DNA of 63,940 nucleotides, the filler included, from Chiloscyllium plagiosum (lineage: Eukaryota): the NCBI RefSeq assembly GCF_004010195.1. It is 4 parts of one record of this genome, joined end to end, with 100 filler letters (N's around TTAATTAATTAA, not from the genome) between each part and the next. Parts side by side here need not be neighbours in the genome. Positions count along the whole stretch, not along the records: positions 62,269 to 63,940 come from NC_057710.1; 3 more parts are not named here. One strand, written 5' to 3'. This document shows, one piece after another, positions 62,691 through 63,940 of the stretch (its first letter is position 1; the number at the start of each line of letters is the position of its first letter). Made by a program: the position numbers and the translations under genes. The notes beneath the pieces are model-generated. The model ran no database searches. It was not told the DNA's origin and saw nothing but the letters and a program-made list of their open reading frames with translations.

Positions 62691-63399
62691 CTACATATCT
62701 CACTGTACCCCATGTTGGTCAGATCTTATAAGATTATATTCAAAGTGTTTTGTCTTCCATTTTCTTTCAAGAATGTTTATCATTACTGCTCCAAGATTTC
62801 AGTAAACCTCAAGACAATCCTGGAAAGCTTGAAACACTACAGCTTGGGAAAGAGAATGGTTGGATTTGTCTATTCAATAAATTGTCTACATAAAAGAAAG
62901 TTGATGTTTCTCAGTTAAAACCTATTAATAGCAGTAGCAGTGGATGGTTGATGAAAGGTGAAGATAGGAAATTATGGTTATCAATTGACTTTTCTGCATT
63001 GTTCCCATCCATGTTACATATTTAGTTGTATTTCTGAGGAAGGGTCACTCGACCTGAAACTCCAATTTCTCTCCACAGATACTGCCAGATCTGCTAAGCT
63101 TTTCCAGGAATTTCTATTTTTTGTCCTGATTTACAGCATCTGTAGTTCTTTTGGTTTATATTATATGTTTTGAAAATAATTGCATTACCCTCATCTTCTG
63201 AAATCACTCTCAGTGATCTACCTTGTTCGAAATCCCTTGGTCTTGCACTCTTCCAGGCTTCCCTTCTCCAGTCATTTAGGCCAAATGTCCAAGATCTGCA
63301 GATGGAATCTGGGGGACTTCCTGACCTGAATTGCTCTTTCAGAATCATAATTAGACAGAGGAGTATATTTTGTCCTGATTTACAGAATTGTGTATTTCA

Positions 63400-63940
63400 T
63401 AAATTACCCAGATGAGCTGGTCTTTCGTCTGGGTGATTTCCTGGAGCATTTTGAGGTGTAGACTCTGAGTGAACCCTGACAGGAGAAGCGGAACTTTAAT
63501 CAATGGGCGGGCTGCGGTCCGGCTGTTTCCGGTGTTTGCACCGGAAGGGACTTCTGAATTTCCCTCCTCCCCCCCCCCCGCGGGTTTCAATCAAAGTGAG
63601 GCTTTAAAACGGCGGATAAATATGGGAAAGAAGAAAGAGTCGGCGGTGGATAGAGGTTTGGGTAAGAGTTCAAATTCTGTCATTGATCTGTGAGGGGTCA
63701 GGACCCGGGTCCCCGGAGGGAAAACCGCGAACTTTAATCCCCCCCCCGACACAGAAAAACAAAACAAAACAAACGGCCAACACTCAGTGACAGCGGAGAT
63801 TACTTTTAATTACCTTCAATCCCCCTTTTTATTAAAAAACACGCCGTTGTTGTTTGGCCCTGACCCGCCCCCAGGTCGCTGCTGTGTTCGCCCCTCACTC
63901 TCTCCTTCCCCTCCCTCCACAAGTGTCTCCTTTCATCCCC
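63400..63940. promoter_or_regulatory. Start of a CpG-rich, repeat-free region; candidate regulatory region or flank of a neighbouring developmental gene
   Basis: CpG content rises sharply. GAACTTTAATC occurs twice, along with TAATCC, ATCAAAG and GGGCGG motifs. Confidence 0.45.

Overview
Vertebrate genomic DNA, almost certainly from a cartilaginous fish (shark), judged from the repeat content: HE1-like V-SINEs, Deu-domain SINEs, shark-type CR1 LINEs and Penelope-like elements. Most of the window is decayed repeats. Parts of two host genes are on the minus strand. (1) The first three coding exons of a nucleoplasmin-family gene (45692-45635, 39875-39793, 26911-26792) splice in frame to an 87-aa NPM core, under a CpG-rich promoter with five CCAAT boxes and an E2F site. 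(2) The terminal coding exon of an FGF8-subfamily gene (10436-10170) best matches FGF24. Together they look like the fourth NPM-FGF8-subfamily ohnolog pair (npm4-fgf24), which amniotes lack. I did not find the remaining NPM exons or FGF exons 1-4. They most likely lie in the 100-bp artificial spacer gap at 25128-25227, although NPM exon 3 and the FGF last exon are phase-compatible. Other notable items: many small fold-back Penelope-derived elements with minimal hammerhead ribozyme motifs and 11-16-bp target-site duplications, a near-perfect 165-bp inverted duplication next to one such element, a clean solo LTR with a 4-bp TSD, and a 10-bp minisatellite with a perfect 120-bp higher-order repeat. 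Repeat boundaries are approximate and were read by eye; no database searches were run.
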